The notes below the pieces were generated by a model. That model saw nothing but the letters and a program-made list of their open reading frames with translations, made no database searches and had not been told where the DNA came from. A stretch of DNA of 64,000 nucleotides from Lama guanicoe (Eukaryota), in contig MU054323.1 in the NCBI GenBank assembly GCA_013239625.1, positions 8,917,220 through 8,981,219 of the forward strand, written 5' to 3'. A program made the translations under genes and the position numbers. Below are positions 1-30,076 of this stretch, piece after piece. Position 1 is the first letter of the stretch, and each line of letters opens with the position of its first letter.

Positions 1-335
1 TCAGCATTACCTGGAATCTCATTAGAAATGCCAAATTGCTAGGCTCCACTCTTACTTATTCAATTAGCAATTAGGGTCCAGCAGTTGTCTTCTCCTTCTC
101 CTTCCCTTTCCCCTTCCCCACCTCCTCCTTCCGCCTCCTCCACTTCCTCCTCCTCTTCCTCCTTCTCCCCCCACCTTTTTTTTTCTTATAGAGGCACTGG
201 GGATTGAACCCAGGACCTCCTGCATGCTAAGTATGCACTCTACCACTTGAGCTGTACCCTCCCCCCATCAGCAATCTTTGTTTTAACAAGCCCTCCAAAT
301 GATTCTGATGCATGTTAAAGTTTGAGAACCCCTGC
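1..335. mobile_element. MER5-type hAT-Charlie DNA transposon relic, interrupted by a SINE and its pyrimidine-rich tail
   Basis: 'cagcattacctggaatctcattagaaatgc' and 'ttttaacaagccctccaaatgattctgatgcatgttaaagtttgagaacc' resemble the MER5A consensus as recalled. Confidence 0.65.
176..266 (-). mobile_element. tRNA-Ala-derived SINE
   Basis: Reverse complement reads GGGGAGGGTACAGCTCAAGTGGTAGAGTGCATACTTAGCATGCAGGAGGTCCTGGGTTCAATCCCCAGTGCCTC, then an A-rich tail; A- and B-boxes present. Confidence 0.85.
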
Positions 336-600
336 CATAGAGAAATAGAAACATATGTCCACCAAGACACATGGACCAGGATGTTTTTAATAGCACTGTT
401 TATAATAGCCAAACACGGAAAACAAGTCAAATGTCCATCAACATCATAGTGGATAAATAAATTATGGAATACTTATATAATGCAATAAAATAAAAAAGTG
501 AACACATCTCAGCTATACAAAATAGCATGGATAATTCAAACATAATGGTGAGTAAATATTTAAGAACAAAAAATGCATTTTTGTATACATATAGAAAAAG
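336..600 (+). mobile_element. Old L1 3' fragment
   Basis: 'aatagcactgtttataatagccaaac...aaatgtccatcaac...gtggataaataaattatgg' is typical of the L1 ORF2 end. Confidence 0.7.
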
Positions 601-1600
601 GTTCTTGTTGAACTATATACATGTTTTAAGAACCCAAAACTGCCTCCAGCCCTAATCTTTTTTTAGAATTCCGGGCTGGCATATAACTAGTACTTGCCAC
701 ATAATGTGTGCTCAGTATGACAGGCCTCATTCTTTACAACTGTGATTTTTAGTGACTGCAGAGTGTTTTGTAATATGTATATATCATATTTATTTAACCA
801 GGTCCTTGCTGATGGCCTTTTCAAGAATATGAATTTGGCTGCCCTAACACACTGAAAATTCTATGAGGTGAGAGACCATGTATGTCTTTTTCTAAGAAGT
901 ACCTGCTATTCAATAATTTTTTAATTGAGTTTGCTTTTCCAAATTAATTTTTCTGTAAGAAAAAAATGCCCTGGCCAGTTTTACTTATCTTTGTTACAAC
1001 ATAAATTGATTCCTTATAAATTTTGTTTTCAGTGAACTAACTCTAGAGAATGTAGTCAATTCTGGGTGTAGTGACAAAATAAGTGTTCTAGACTTGGAAA
1101 AAGAGACCATCAATTCTGGACTACTGTGATCCTCTAAGGTCATTTAATTTCCCTATATGATAGTCTTCTCTGTCTCAATGCAACAGCATCTAGGAAATGA
1201 GTCAAGACTTGGAGTTAGAAATCCATCTCTCTCACATTTTCTGAAAGTATCTACTTAAAGTACCCCAGCTTTTAAAAATGTACTTCACCCTGTATTCTAA
1301 TGTGTGATTTGGAACATATGACACCATACTTGGCCCTCTAAGGAGTGCTGGCTCCAGAGAAGATGCTTATAGGGCAGAACAGGCCACTTGCAAGGCCTGC
1401 TCCTTTGAAATCTTGCCTCCATACTTTCTGGTTTATCACAAGGGGTCCAGCCCAACCCTAGAAGAATCATAAAGTAGATTCCCTGAGCATTGGCCATCAG
1501 AGTAGAGCTCAAGGGCAGCTGCAGGAAGGGGCAGCAGGTGCATGGCTCAGAGAAGAGACTTAAGCAGCAAGCACACTGGCTGGACCCTTGGAATGCCCAT

Positions 1601-1625
1601 TGTGATGTCATATGGAGTCACAGCT
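1601..1625 (+). promoter_or_regulatory. CRE-like element (TGATGTCA) in the putative germ-cell promoter of SPATA31H1
   Basis: TGTGATGTCA at 1601-1610, about 60 bp upstream of the ATG at 1670; one mismatch from the CRE TGACGTCA. Confidence 0.4.
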
Positions 1626-1669
1626 TTAAGGGAGAAAACTGTTTGGCTGAGAGGGAATGGGGTTGAGTA

Positions 1670-1813
1670 ATGGCGCCGATTTGGGGGCTGATCATCCCAC
1701 TGCCACCATATGTCAGCCTTCTAGTATTATCTGGTTTCCTTATCTGGGGGCTTTGGGTGCTGTTTTCTGGGAAGAAGAGTAGGGAGCATGTGGCAGCCAA
1801 GACAGACTCAGAG
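1670..1813 (+). CDS. SPATA31H1: SPATA31H1 coding exon 1, N-terminal hydrophobic/transmembrane segment: MAPIWGLIIPLPPYVSLLVLSGFLIWGLWVLFSGKKSREHVAAKTDSE
   Basis: ATG in gtaATGG context, 48 open codons, hydrophobic run followed by KKSR, phase-0 donor GAG|gtatgt matching the next exon. Confidence 0.75.
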
Positions 1814-1989
1814 GTATGTGATGCAACACTCTCTTGAAATTCGCTGTTCCCTGCCCCTGGAGACATAGAAATTCCTAATCTTGGGTCATGGGAGGAATCA
1901 ACGGCAGGAAAAGGGAAGTTGGAATAGTGCCTATGGATGTCTTCCTATAAGTCACTCTCAATTCTTTTCCTTTCAATTCTTTTCAACCT

Positions 1990-2570
1990 TGAGCACTTGT
2001 TATATATGGTAGTGTATTAGACATTGAAGAAGAATAAAATACCATCCCCAGCTTCTAGGAGCTCGAGGTATAGCAGGGGAGAAAGTCAGATAGATATACA
2101 TATATATAATAACCCAACGAAAAAGAAAGAGATAAGTTAATAGAGGTCTAAATATTGCTAAAGAGATGAGAGGTGAAGAGTATTCTAGGATCTACAAAAT
2201 GCCTTTTGGGGGAGCTTAGATTTGAGTTGTACTTCAGAGGAAGAGTAGGATTTTAAAGGTGGGTAGAATGGCAGAGGAGAGTAGTGGAAGACTTTCCAGA
2301 CAGAAGGAATTGATTGGGGAAAGCGTGGGAAGCAGAAGAATATTGATTATGTTTGAGGAGAGGTGAAGGCACCTATCTGGATGGAGTGTAGAAGTGTAGG
2401 GAACTGGTTGGAGAAAAGTGAGAGAAAAGGTTGGAAAATAGATAGAGGTCACATTGTAGGTGGCTTCCAGTGCCAGGCTATATACTTTGTATAAATATTA
2501 TTCTGTCTGCAACTGAAAGACATCAAAGATTTTAAAGCCAGGTGAAAATGAGCTTAAATCTGTGCTTTAG
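1990..2570. mobile_element. L2 LINE relic
   Basis: Purine-rich degenerate L2-like motifs (ttgagcacttgttatat, gattttaaagccagg, tctgtgctttag). Confidence 0.5.
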
Positions 2571-2599
2571 AGTACATACTTTAAACTTTAAAAAAGTTT

Positions 2600-2755
2600 A
2601 AACTTTCTTTTCTCAAACTTATCATTTGGGGGTCTAATTAAAAAAGCAGATTCTGGTTCAGTAGGTGTTGGGTAGGGACTGAGATTCTGCAATTCTAATA
2701 AGCTCCCAGGTAATACTACTGCGGTTGAACTGAGCACCACACTTTGAGTGTGAGG
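2600..2755. mobile_element. MER5-type DNA transposon relic
   Basis: 'gattctggttcagtaggt...gagattctgcaattctaataagctcccaggt...ccacactttgag'. Confidence 0.6.
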
Positions 2756-3384
2756 CTTTAAATAACTCCAGTAAGTGCATATGGTAGTTCTCTGGTGTAG
2801 CTAAGCCAATAGGAGGCTATGTTAAAGACTTAGTGGGAAGGAGGGAAAAGGAAGTGAAAGAATCAAAACAGTAAGATGGAAGAGAGGACATTGATTAATT
2901 CCCCAAATGTTTATCACCCACCAACACCACCATGTATAAGCCACTCCTCCAGACACTATGGATACAGCAATACATGGAAGGGACAAAACTCTTTGCCCTC
3001 CAGGATGTGAAAGAAGAGGAGGATCCTGAGGGAAAATGTAGATATGAGAAATGAGGCAGAAAGAGAGCAAAGGGCCTGAGTCTTTTTTTTTTTTCCCTGA
3101 CTGGACCTCAAATACAATGAGTTGACTATAAACATTATCATCATTTTCCTACAAGGACTATTCATCTTTACATCCCCTCTGCCTAGCATACTACCTGGTA
3201 TATAGTAAGTGCTCCATATATATTTGTGAAGTGAATGACTTCTCAATTTTAACCCTGAATGATCGACAAGGTGATGGCATTTTAAACTATATAGGAAACA
3301 TCTGACAGAAGTTGTAAATATGGTAGGAGGCAGAAAATGTATATGGAGATATTCATCAAGCAGCTACAATTAGTGGTCTAGACT

Positions 3385-3575
3385 TGTGCTATCCGATCTA
3401 CTATCCACTGGCCACGCATGGCCATTTAAATTTAAATTAACCAAAATTAAATATAATTTAAAATTCAGTTCCTTAATTGCACTACCTACTTTTCAAGTGC
3501 TCACATGTGCTTAGAGGTTATCATAGCAGATATAGAATATTTCCATCATCATAGAAAATTCTATTGGACAACACC
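3385..3575. mobile_element. MER3-type hAT-Charlie MITE
   Basis: 'ccactggccacgcatggccatttaaatttaaattaa...tttcaagtgctc...agaaaattctattggaca'. Confidence 0.7.
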
Positions 3576-4940
3576 ATCCTGGACACTAGATCCTGGAAAC
3601 AGACATGGCTATAGATACATTTGGCCACAAAGTCCTTTCATTTTTTTTTTCTGAGAAACATTTCTCAAATGTAGCAATCCAGATTCAGTATCATTGTCTT
3701 AACTGGGACTCCCCTTGAACTATTTTCTAACTCATCTCCTACAAACATTTTCCAGCATAGAGCATAGACCCTGGCTCTACAAAACAAAACTACAACATAT
3801 ACCTTATAAAACCTCCCGAAGCTGATCGTGTCACTCTGCTAAAAGTAACTAAAGAAACAAACAAAATCTCTCAGCATCCCACTGCCTGTAAACTTTTGGA
3901 CTCTCAAATTTCTTTCATTGCCAGAATTTGTTAAGTACCTTAGGAATTTAAGAATCATTTTGTCCCTTTTTCATAATATCTAATAAGTGATTTTAGATAA
4001 ATAGTATTTCATTTTACAGCGGCATGTTTTCTTAAAATTGCAAGGTTCATTTTAATATCATCTTTAACAGTAAGAGATAAATGTTCATTTTTTTCCCATA
4101 TGACAAGTGATGCATGATATTTAATTGACTTTAATTGTAACAGGTATGAATTTTTCCAGAACACTTATGTATAAGAAATGGCAAATGTATTTCTTTGTCT
4201 ACATCAAATATAATCCAGCCTAAACCTCCTATCACTTAGATTTGCAAAAAGTCCAGTATCAGTTTTTCTTCCCCAATCTTTGTGTTATATAAGAACACTA
4301 GAGTGGGTACAATTTATCCAGAATAGCAGGGGGCCAGGTCCTTAGCCATGGGAATAGCTGTAGCTTTTCTTCTTTGCTATCTGAAGGCAAAAATTGTGGC
4401 TGTGAGCCAAGCTTGATCACAGAGACCTTTGCTAAGGCCCCCAGTCCACTAGATCTGAGCTCTTAAGTAGGATCTGGAGGAATAAATTCCATTAGGCTCA
4501 GTGCCTCACTACCCTGCAGTGTACCTGCAGGGTCAATGTTGTTTCCTAGTTTCGTGCAGTCAGTTTACCTCTTAACTCCTGAGCACCAAACACTAAACCT
4601 CTGGCACAATTCAGCTTAAAATCCCCCACAGGCCTAGTCTTATATGAAGGTTATCTCATATATTGAGGCAAGTCATGTGTTGGAGGTTACTGCCAATTTT
4701 TGCAGCACCGAAAAACTAACTCCCTGCTGTGGATTAGGAGAAGCAAAATGGTAAGAACAAAGGCCTGGCTACCTTCTTTGGTGAGGGGAAACGTTAGTTT
4801 CTTTCCCAGAAGGATGCAGCAATAAAAACAAAATATACTGTAAACTACTCAATGTCACTCTTCTACATGAAATAATAACATTTCTTACTGCATATTTAAG
4901 AAAAAGCTTTGTCAACAAATATACTTTTTATTCAGGTATA

Positions 4941-5370
4941 CAGGTTTCCCCTGCGAGTCGAAAGCAGAGAAAGCCTATGAATCTTTTTGTTAAGCCAAAA
5001 TGGCGTAAAAAGAAAGCAGCAATTACCCTAGGTCACATGTTGCTAGCAGATGCACAAAATAAACTGAGATAAAGCACAGATGCTCACGGACAGTTCAAAG
5101 CCACCATGGCTTGATGCTGAGATGCTGAGTGCAGTTCCCAGGGAAGGAGAATGGTGGTGCCATTCTCGCTGCTGGGAAGTGCGCTGTCTCTACAGCAGTT
5201 CACTGCAAAACAAATGATGAATGCTTTTGCCTTTTCATCCCCCTCTTTTTTTTCATAAAAACAAAAATCCTCTTTGGATTTCTTTCAGTTAGCAAAAACA
5301 GGGACTAATGTAGGTCTTTCATAAAATGGAAGTGGCATAAAGCAAACTTTCAAAAATTGGAGGATACCTG
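4941..5370. mobile_element. Tc1/mariner (Tigger-type) non-autonomous element
   Basis: Imperfect 24-bp TIRs (caggtttcccctgcgagtcgaaag / reverse complement caggtatcctccaatttttgaaag), flanked by TA on both sides. Confidence 0.75.
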
Positions 5371-5374
5371 TAAT

Positions 5375-8300
5375 TATATGCAGTAAAATGCACAGACCTC
5401 AAGTGTACAGCTTGGTGAGTTATGATAAGTTTGTATACCCATTAACTAATGTCCCAATCAAGGAATAACATTGCCATAATCCTGGAAAGTTCCTGTATAT
5501 ACTTTTCTAGTCTGCTCTCTTCCCACTCAAAGGCCACATCCATTCTGATCTCTATTGTCCTAGAGTAGTTTGGCCTATTCTTGAGACTTGTAAAAACGGT
5601 ATCATACAGGGTGTGTTCTTTTGCTTTTGGCTTCTTTTGTTGAGCATGATTTTAAGATCCACAAATTTAAAATTAACAAATTTTAAAGTGACATTAATGT
5701 CATACTTGTTACTTTGGGGACCTAATGTATATTGAAACATAGAATGTAATTTACCTGTTGTGACATAAAAAATAGACCAAAAGTTTGCTTTCTTGGCCCG
5801 GTGGCTGGAATTCTTGCATATTGCATTTCAAAAAAGCAGTAGTTTCTTTTTTTGACTTCAAAAATTTGGTTATCTTAAATGACAAGATAAAGTTTCAGGA
5901 TTTTTCTCCTATTTAAAAAAATTTTTCTTGAAGTATAGTTGATTTACAATGTTGTGTTAATTTCTGGTGTGGTTTCAGGAATGTTGACTGCAAATAACAC
6001 ACTGTTGATGTGGAACCCTATTTCCAATAGGAGAGGAATTGCCTGGGCATGTGGTATACATGTTTAATTTTAGCAGATGATGCTAAACAGTTTTCTAGTG
6101 ATTGTATCAATTGAAACTCCCATGAGTAGAGTATGACAGTTCTACTTTCTTCACATTCTTGCCAACACTTGGCATTGTATCTCTTAAATTTTAGTCAATC
6201 TAATGGGTATGTTTGGTATTACACTGTTGTTTTAATGCACATTTCCCTGATGACTAATGATACCGAACAACTTCTCATGGTTATTAGTCATTTGGAAATC
6301 CTTTTTTTATGAAATATCTGTTCAGTTCTCTTGCCTACTTTTAAAGATTGGATTGTCAGCCTTTTACTTATTGATTTATAGGAATTCTTTCAATATTATG
6401 AATATGGGTCTTGTCAGTTATAAATTCTCCCACTCTGTAGCTTACCTTTTCACTCATAATGGTGTGTTAATAAACAGAAGTTCTTAATTTTAATGAAATC
6501 CAATTGATCAGTTTTTGCTTTTATGGCTAGTGATATTTTTTGGTTTGATTCCAGTGTGAGGAATCTTTGCTGAGACTGTGATGATATTTCAGAACTTGAT
6601 CGTTTTCCAGTGACTTCAAATAGATGTTTAAATTTTTGTTTTTGTCCAGTTTTTCTAGTAGTTTTTGTTCAGAGGATTCACATTATGAACAGAAATCTTA
6701 GATTGATTTTTTTCTCTCCATTTTCCCTCTTATACTACCTTGAAAGTTATGTACTGTTTCTGTTCTTTTAGTGGTTACTCCAGAAATTTCAGTGTGCATA
6801 CTTAACCAAGTCTCTATTCAGAAGTATTTTATCAATGCTGTTAAGCTCATTCACTGAGGTTTTAATTTCAGTACTGCATTCTTAATATCTAGAAGTAACA
6901 TTTGATAATTTTTCAAATCTGCTAGATCACTTTTTATCGTTTCCTGTTCCTTAGAAAAATATTTAAACTTGGGTTGGCTTTTATGTCTTTTAATGTAATA
7001 TGCACTGTTGTTTTCTAATCTGGAACTGATAATTTTAATAACTGACATTTCTGTAGGTTTGTTTCTGCTTCCTGTTGCTTCTGCACACGTGCTTATTTTA
7101 AAATATTTAACATTTCTAAAGTTGGAATGTGGCTCACAATTAATAGTTCATAATTTAATTGGCAGGATTTAGAAGAATTCTCGGTGGCATGTAGAATGTA
7201 GTACATTTTACAATTGGTAGCATCTTAGATTTAATGAAATGCAATATTCATAGTAGTGTTTTGAAGCCTAGGATGAAAATCTTTCTCAGAGAGTATCTCA
7301 TTTGCTTTTGACTATGGTACCATCAATCCAGGACCACTTTAAATTCATGGCTTGAGGGTTTTGGGGGACATGCAGATGATGTGAACTTGAGCTGCAAAGT
7401 ACACAAAAATCAATCTGTAGTTACAACTTTTCAGGAGTTCCCTCCAGTTCTCTGAACTTCTCAGTGTCAAGGCAACTTTCCTTGCAGTTCCCTGGGATTA
7501 GGAGTGAGTGGCAGATTTGTAATTTTAAGGTTCCAGCTGGATGTGGTAGGGTCTTCACTGGATTTTTTTCCCCCTTATAGTTTGTATGTTTGAAGTTTTC
7601 TTTAAGATGTTATCCCATGCCCTAGGTGACAAAGATTTTCTCCTACTTTTATTTGATGTTCCAGTCCAACCTTACAGATTTTAGTTTTTAAAATATATTT
7701 AGAGTCCACTTCTATAAGTAGTATTAGGAAGTGATCCAATTTTATTTTTCTTTTTATAGTGAGCCAGTTTTCTCACAATTATTTTCTAAAGAATCTTTTC
7801 CCTATTGATTTATGGAACTCCCACTATCATATTAAGTTGCTGTATATATATACAGGAGCCCCTCTTTGAGTTCTCTGTTCTGTTCCATTGGCTTATTTGT
7901 CCCTGTTTTTATTACCATAGACTTGTAGTGTATCTTTGTTTTTGGTCCTTTCTTTGCTCTTCTTTTTAAGGTTGACTTAGCTGTTAGTGAACCTTTATTT
8001 TGCTGTATCAATTTTAGAGAGTTTAACAGTCATTGAAACATTCCAACTGAAATTTGAGTTGAGAATGCATTAAAGTATAATTTAATTTGGGAAGTACTGA
8101 CATCCTTATAATTATAAATTATACCAACCAGAGCCTAGAATGTCTCTCCATTTATTCAGATCATCCTCTGTATCCTTTAATAAAGTACTATAGTCTTCTA
8201 CATGATAGTCTTCTGTATTCTTGGTTAATACCTTGACACTTCATCATTTTTATTGCCACTGTGAAGAATATCTTTTATTACTAAAATATTTTTCTACTTT

Positions 8301-8900
8301 TTTTCTTTTTCTGCAGTAGAGAAATGCTACTGATATTGGTAATTTGTTCTGGTATTCAGAAACCCTGGGGAATTCTTTTATTAGCTCTGATGGAGAATGT
8401 CTTTGATTATCATTTCAATTGCTTTCATACTTATTGGTCTACTCAAATAATCTATTTCTTTTTGCCCAATTTTGGTATTTTATATTTTTTCAAGAATTTA
8501 ACCATCTCATTACATATTTCACATGTATTAATGTCCAGTTATTCAAGCTGTTTTCCTTCTCCTTCCTCTTCTACTTCAGTTTTCAAGATTTATAGTTACT
8601 TTTACCTTTGGTCCTAGGGGCATTATCAGCCTAGGATCACTTTTATTTTCAGTTTGAGGGTTCCTGACTGCAAAGTGAGTAGAAATTAGAATTTTAAACT
8701 AGTATGAGAATAGATTCTTGGTTAAAAATCTCAGAGAAGGCTTCTTTTCCCAATCCAGAGCTCAAACTTCCTTATCTGGTGGGCAGATTTTTTTCTAACC
8801 ACATTTTTACCAAATGTGTAGCAATTTGAGAATCCTGGCTTTTTTCTGGGGTCTCATCAAATACCCATTTCATATGGGCCTTGTCTTTTGTGCCTTGTCT
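5375..8900 (-). mobile_element. Cluster of old, fragmented L1 relics
   Basis: T-rich antisense L1 motifs (cacattcttgccaacacttggcattg, atttccctgatgactaatga); decayed ORF1-like peptide at 6851-7048. Confidence 0.6.
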
Positions 8901-10141
8901 TTTGCCTCTCTCTTGCTGTTAACCTAAGCCCCTCAGTGGCTGACTAAGCAAATGAGCTAAGCCATTGAAGTATCAACTTGAGTTTCCACTCTTGTTTTTC
9001 AGTGTTCTCCTTCTTTTTGGCCTGGAGATTTCCCTTAATTTCTTGTAAGGAGCTAATTTCTTTATTTAAAAAGATGTTTGTTGTATTTTATTCAGCACTG
9101 CCAAGTGTTTTGTAGTGGGAGATTATTTAGGTCTATGATATGTAAAGATCATTTTAAGGTAAATATATTGAAAGATCATTTGTACATTCATCAATCTGTA
9201 TTTCAATGTCAGTTTCCCTTTTGCTTCTGTTTTTAATAAACAGTCCATTATGGACATAAATAATATATGGCTAAGCATAAGGTCAATTTAAAACTGTCTA
9301 GAAGTCAAAATTACCACTGTACCTAGGATTATTCAACTAAGTAATAAACTGGGTTACTGAATCATGAGCATATTTGTGAATTCCCTAAATTGTTGTGTAG
9401 ACCCTTTTAATACACCCTCGGAGACTGATGTCCTGATTTAAATGGAAGACATTTTAAAAAATGTTTTATTTGAAATAATAACAAATGTCATATCTGCCTT
9501 TAAAATGACCTTGAACACCCTTGCAAAAATCCCAGGAGTTTACTAACTACTGGATAGGAAATTCTGACCTATAGGAAAAAATAAAAATCCCACATTATCT
9601 GGCATAATCTGGCTTCTACTTACGTTTTCAGCTGCATCTCTCACTACTTAACAAAAATGCACCTGACAATCGTGACTCTCTAATCTTCTTAGTGATGTTC
9701 CCACTTGCCTGGAATGCTCTTTCTTTACCTAAAAACCTTCTATTGATTCTTCAAACTCCAATACAAATGGCAACTTCTTGAGTAATTCTTCCCTTTTCTC
9801 CCAAGCAGTTAATCACTGTCTTCTTTATTCCCTCACACGTATATTTCTGTTACAGCATTTACCACATGGTATTGTAACTTATCTGTTTAGACATCTGTTT
9901 TCCCTACTAGTTTAAGTTCCTAGAATACAGGGATCATATTTATCTTTCAAGTCCTAGCACCCCACACAATACCTAGAACTAGTAAGTACTCAATAAATAA
10001 TTCGTGAATAAATGGATGAGGTAACTGTTGCTGTGGTTATGGATACCAACTCTATCAGTATTTGTGTCTATAAGATGAAATGTGCTTTCAATAAACCTAG
10101 AACATTACCTGATTTTATTTTTTCTTTTTGTGCCTTTCTAG

Positions 10142-10184
10142 ACTTCAAAACAGCATAAATTGAAAAACATCCAGAAATTCACAG
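10142..10184 (+). CDS. SPATA31H1: SPATA31H1 coding exon 2 (TSKQHKLKNIQKFT)
   Basis: Long polypyrimidine tract ending tttctag, donor CAG|gtcaga; only phase 0 is open, matching exon 1; exits in phase 1. Confidence 0.7.
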
Positions 10185-10836
10185 GTCAGAAAGATTCTAT
10201 CCTTTACTCTTCAGGTCAAGGCTAATGACAAATCAACTGTGGGTCTGCTTTAGGACTCAACCTTTGATAGCAGGTGGAATGGGGAAGGCTAAAAAAGATT
10301 ATGTAAAGGAAAGAAACATGCCTATTCTTTCTAGCTTCTCTATTTCCAAAGAGATGTAAATAGCTCCATAATTCTTTCTCTGCTTCCTATCCTCACACTT
10401 CCTTTCCTAATCTCCTTTAAGTGCAAAACTCAAAGAATTAGAAAAGAAACTTGGTGAGACTGGAGAATGGAAAAAGGGTAACTACCAAGAGCTTGGTGTG
10501 GGAAGTTTCAGTACCTTTTTTTCCCCTACTATAGACACTGGATAATACACATCTTTTCCCCCAAAGATATGTGTTCTTCTGTTTCCCCCACTTCATCTCC
10601 CTTCTACCATGATTATTTCTGCTCTTTTCAATGGCTTACATCTACTACATGGTGAAGGCAGCATAGTATAGCTTTAAAAATCAAAAGGAAACCTAGGTTA
10701 AATCCGAGCTCTCCCACTAATTAGTTTTATGATCTTAGGCATGGCTTTGCTTTTAATACCTTATTTGCAAATCAGGGGGTTGGACTAAGGTGATGTCAAC
10801 AGTCACAATACTAAGATTCTTCACCTCCACCCCCAG

Positions 10837-10891
10837 CTCCACAGTGGGAAGAAAATCTCAGGATGGATTGCACTGAAGCTAACCTGACATG
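10837..10891 (+). CDS. SPATA31H1: SPATA31H1 coding exon 3 (APQWEENLRMDCTEANLT)
   Basis: Acceptor ttcttcacctccacccccag, strong donor ATG|gtgagt; enters phase 1 and exits phase 2, fitting both neighbours with no stop. Confidence 0.7.
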
Positions 10892-11112
10892 GTGAGTAAG
10901 GTCAATCTTCACTGTGTTTATTTTTTCTCTCTTCAGCCTATTCTACTGATAAACTCTGTAAAAAAAAAAAGTTATGAGTAAGATACCTGGGACTCTTACT
11001 TCCCTCAGTACGATAGCTGTCTCCTTTCTAAGTTAAGTCACTCTTCTCGTTGTTTTCCTTACCAGTACTTCAGTATAACTTCAGTTACATTGACATACTC
11101 TGTTGCATTCAG

Positions 11113-11208
11113 CTTTTCAGGACTCCCTGTGGGATGGGGCCAGGAATATTTACTCTGGTCAATGGACAGAAGTCTTCGACAGATCTTCCAACACCTGGAA
11201 AGTGCAAG
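11113..11208 (+). CDS. SPATA31H1: SPATA31H1 coding exon 4 (CFSGLPVGWGQEYLLWSMDRSLRQIFQHLESAR)
   Basis: Acceptor gcattcag, donor AAG|gttagg; phase 2 in and out; AG+A forms Arg in frame with the giant exon. Confidence 0.75.
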
Positions 11209-11457
11209 GTTAGGTATTTCTGGGTGGGGATTAAAGGTGGTAGAATTTTCAAGAGGGAGGAAGGAGGGAGTAAAGGAGGGTGGGAGGAAGAGAAAGAGGG
11301 AGGAAGAGGGAGAAGAAAAATGGTTAATTTTGGCAGTGGGGGAAAGTTCTGGGTTCAAATGAATTTTAAGAACCACTGATCTGTGATCATTCTGATTGGA
11401 ATAGGGACAAATGCCTCCCTTTGTCGTGGTGGAGGAATTCTTTCCATAAATAAGTAA

Positions 11458-28917
<17,460 letters not shown>

Positions 28918-29110
28918 CGCTAGTAGAGGCGAAGGGACCTGCCCACGTTATTCATTGCCTCACTGAAGTCTCCACCGAGCGGCCCTTTCCTGGCTTCTTT
29001 CCTGCCCAGCCTCGGCCTCCACTTCCCGCGCCCTCAGCGACAAAAGAGCTTCTACGTCTCTCTACCTGGGGGGAGGGAAGGCGGGAATGGGTCTGTTATT
29101 CCCTAAGATA

Positions 29111-29116
29111 AATAAA
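29111..29116 (+). terminator. Likely polyadenylation signal of SPATA31H1
   Basis: First AATAAA after the stop codon at 28917, in an otherwise GC-rich stretch. Confidence 0.6.
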
Positions 29117-29530
29117 GGGGCAATAACTGACCTCCCCGTGCCTCTACAAAGACTACTCGTCGTGCTGGATGGGATTGGAGTGGCAAGAGGGGTGGTGCAA
29201 ACCGAGGGAATGAGACGAGGCGCGGGGCTCGGGGGGGACGCTCTGAAGCCAAGTTGAGGCTCCAAATCCCACCCCCAGCTTCCCGGGTCCCACAGCGCAA
29301 CCCCGGGGCGGGGTCTCAAAGGAAGCGGGCCGCCGCGCGGATGGGGGTGGGGGGCTCTCGTCACGTGACTCTCCCCGGTCGCAGCCCCCTCGGAAGCAGC
29401 TAGGCGGAAGTAGACGTACGAGACCGAACTCGCGGCGCCGACTCCACATCCGGGAGCGGAGAGGAGAGCGGAAGTGGCGTTGGTCTGGCCGGAGCCCTTG
29501 GGTGAATTTGTTAGGCGTGGAGAGGGAGTG

Positions 29531-29560
29531 ATGTCTTCGAGACTGGGTGCAGTGCCCGCC
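29531..29560 (+). CDS. ZNF512: ZNF512 exon 1 (MSSRLGAVPA)
   Basis: ATG in the CpG island, donor gtgagt; matches the recalled ZNF512 N-terminus. Confidence 0.9.
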
Positions 29561-30076
29561 GTGAGTTTCTCGGTTTGACCGTTATGCCTTAGGGGTAGCG
29601 CTGGCGAGCTCGCCACACGCCGTCCCTCCCTTTTGTTTCCTGCTCAGAGTTGGTTTTATCTGAGCCCATTGTAGGCCCCACCCTTCTAGGTCAGATCTAC
29701 CTGTCCCCTCTTTTTTCCTCCACTTTCTGCTGCCTGTTCCTCATTCCCTTGGACTCTGTTCCTCGTCGGATTGTCGTTAGTCTCTATTGCCTTTACATCC
29801 CCATTGCTTCCCGTATCCGTTGCCTCCCTTTCCGCCTCCCTTTTAGAGCCTCTGTCTAGGACAAGGCTTTGAGAATGGGAGAAATGAAGGCTCTGGTGTT
29901 GTCACCTGCTTTGACCCTGTAGGAGGATGGGGCGGCACACTTTTCCTAAAAAGTCTTGCCGCCTTCCGTTTGAGGTAGTAGCACCGGGAGAGCTTCGTTT
30001 CTCCTCATGGGAGGTTCTTTTTGTGGTCAAGGTTCCGAAGTCCCTAGCATTCACTCATGTGCTTGCAATTTGCTAG

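Larger units (their letters stand above)
28950..29640 (+). promoter_or_regulatory. ZNF512: CpG-island promoter of ZNF512
   Basis: High GC and CpG density; GC box GGGGCGGGG at 29305-29313; palindromic E-box GTCACGTGAC at 29360-29369; three ETS CGGAAG motifs between 29391 and 29477. Confidence 0.85.

Noticed and set aside
4632..4750. Exon-like segment (ccccacag acceptor, AAAATG|gtaaga donor) in SPATA31H1 intron 1
   Set aside because: Splicing from exon 1 gives an immediate stop (GCC TAG); a poison or alternative first exon is possible but unsupported without RNA data
29062..29616. 184-aa minus-strand ORF over the ZNF512 promoter
   Set aside because: Low-complexity Pro/Ala/Ser peptide typical of stop-poor CpG islands; no recognisable domain
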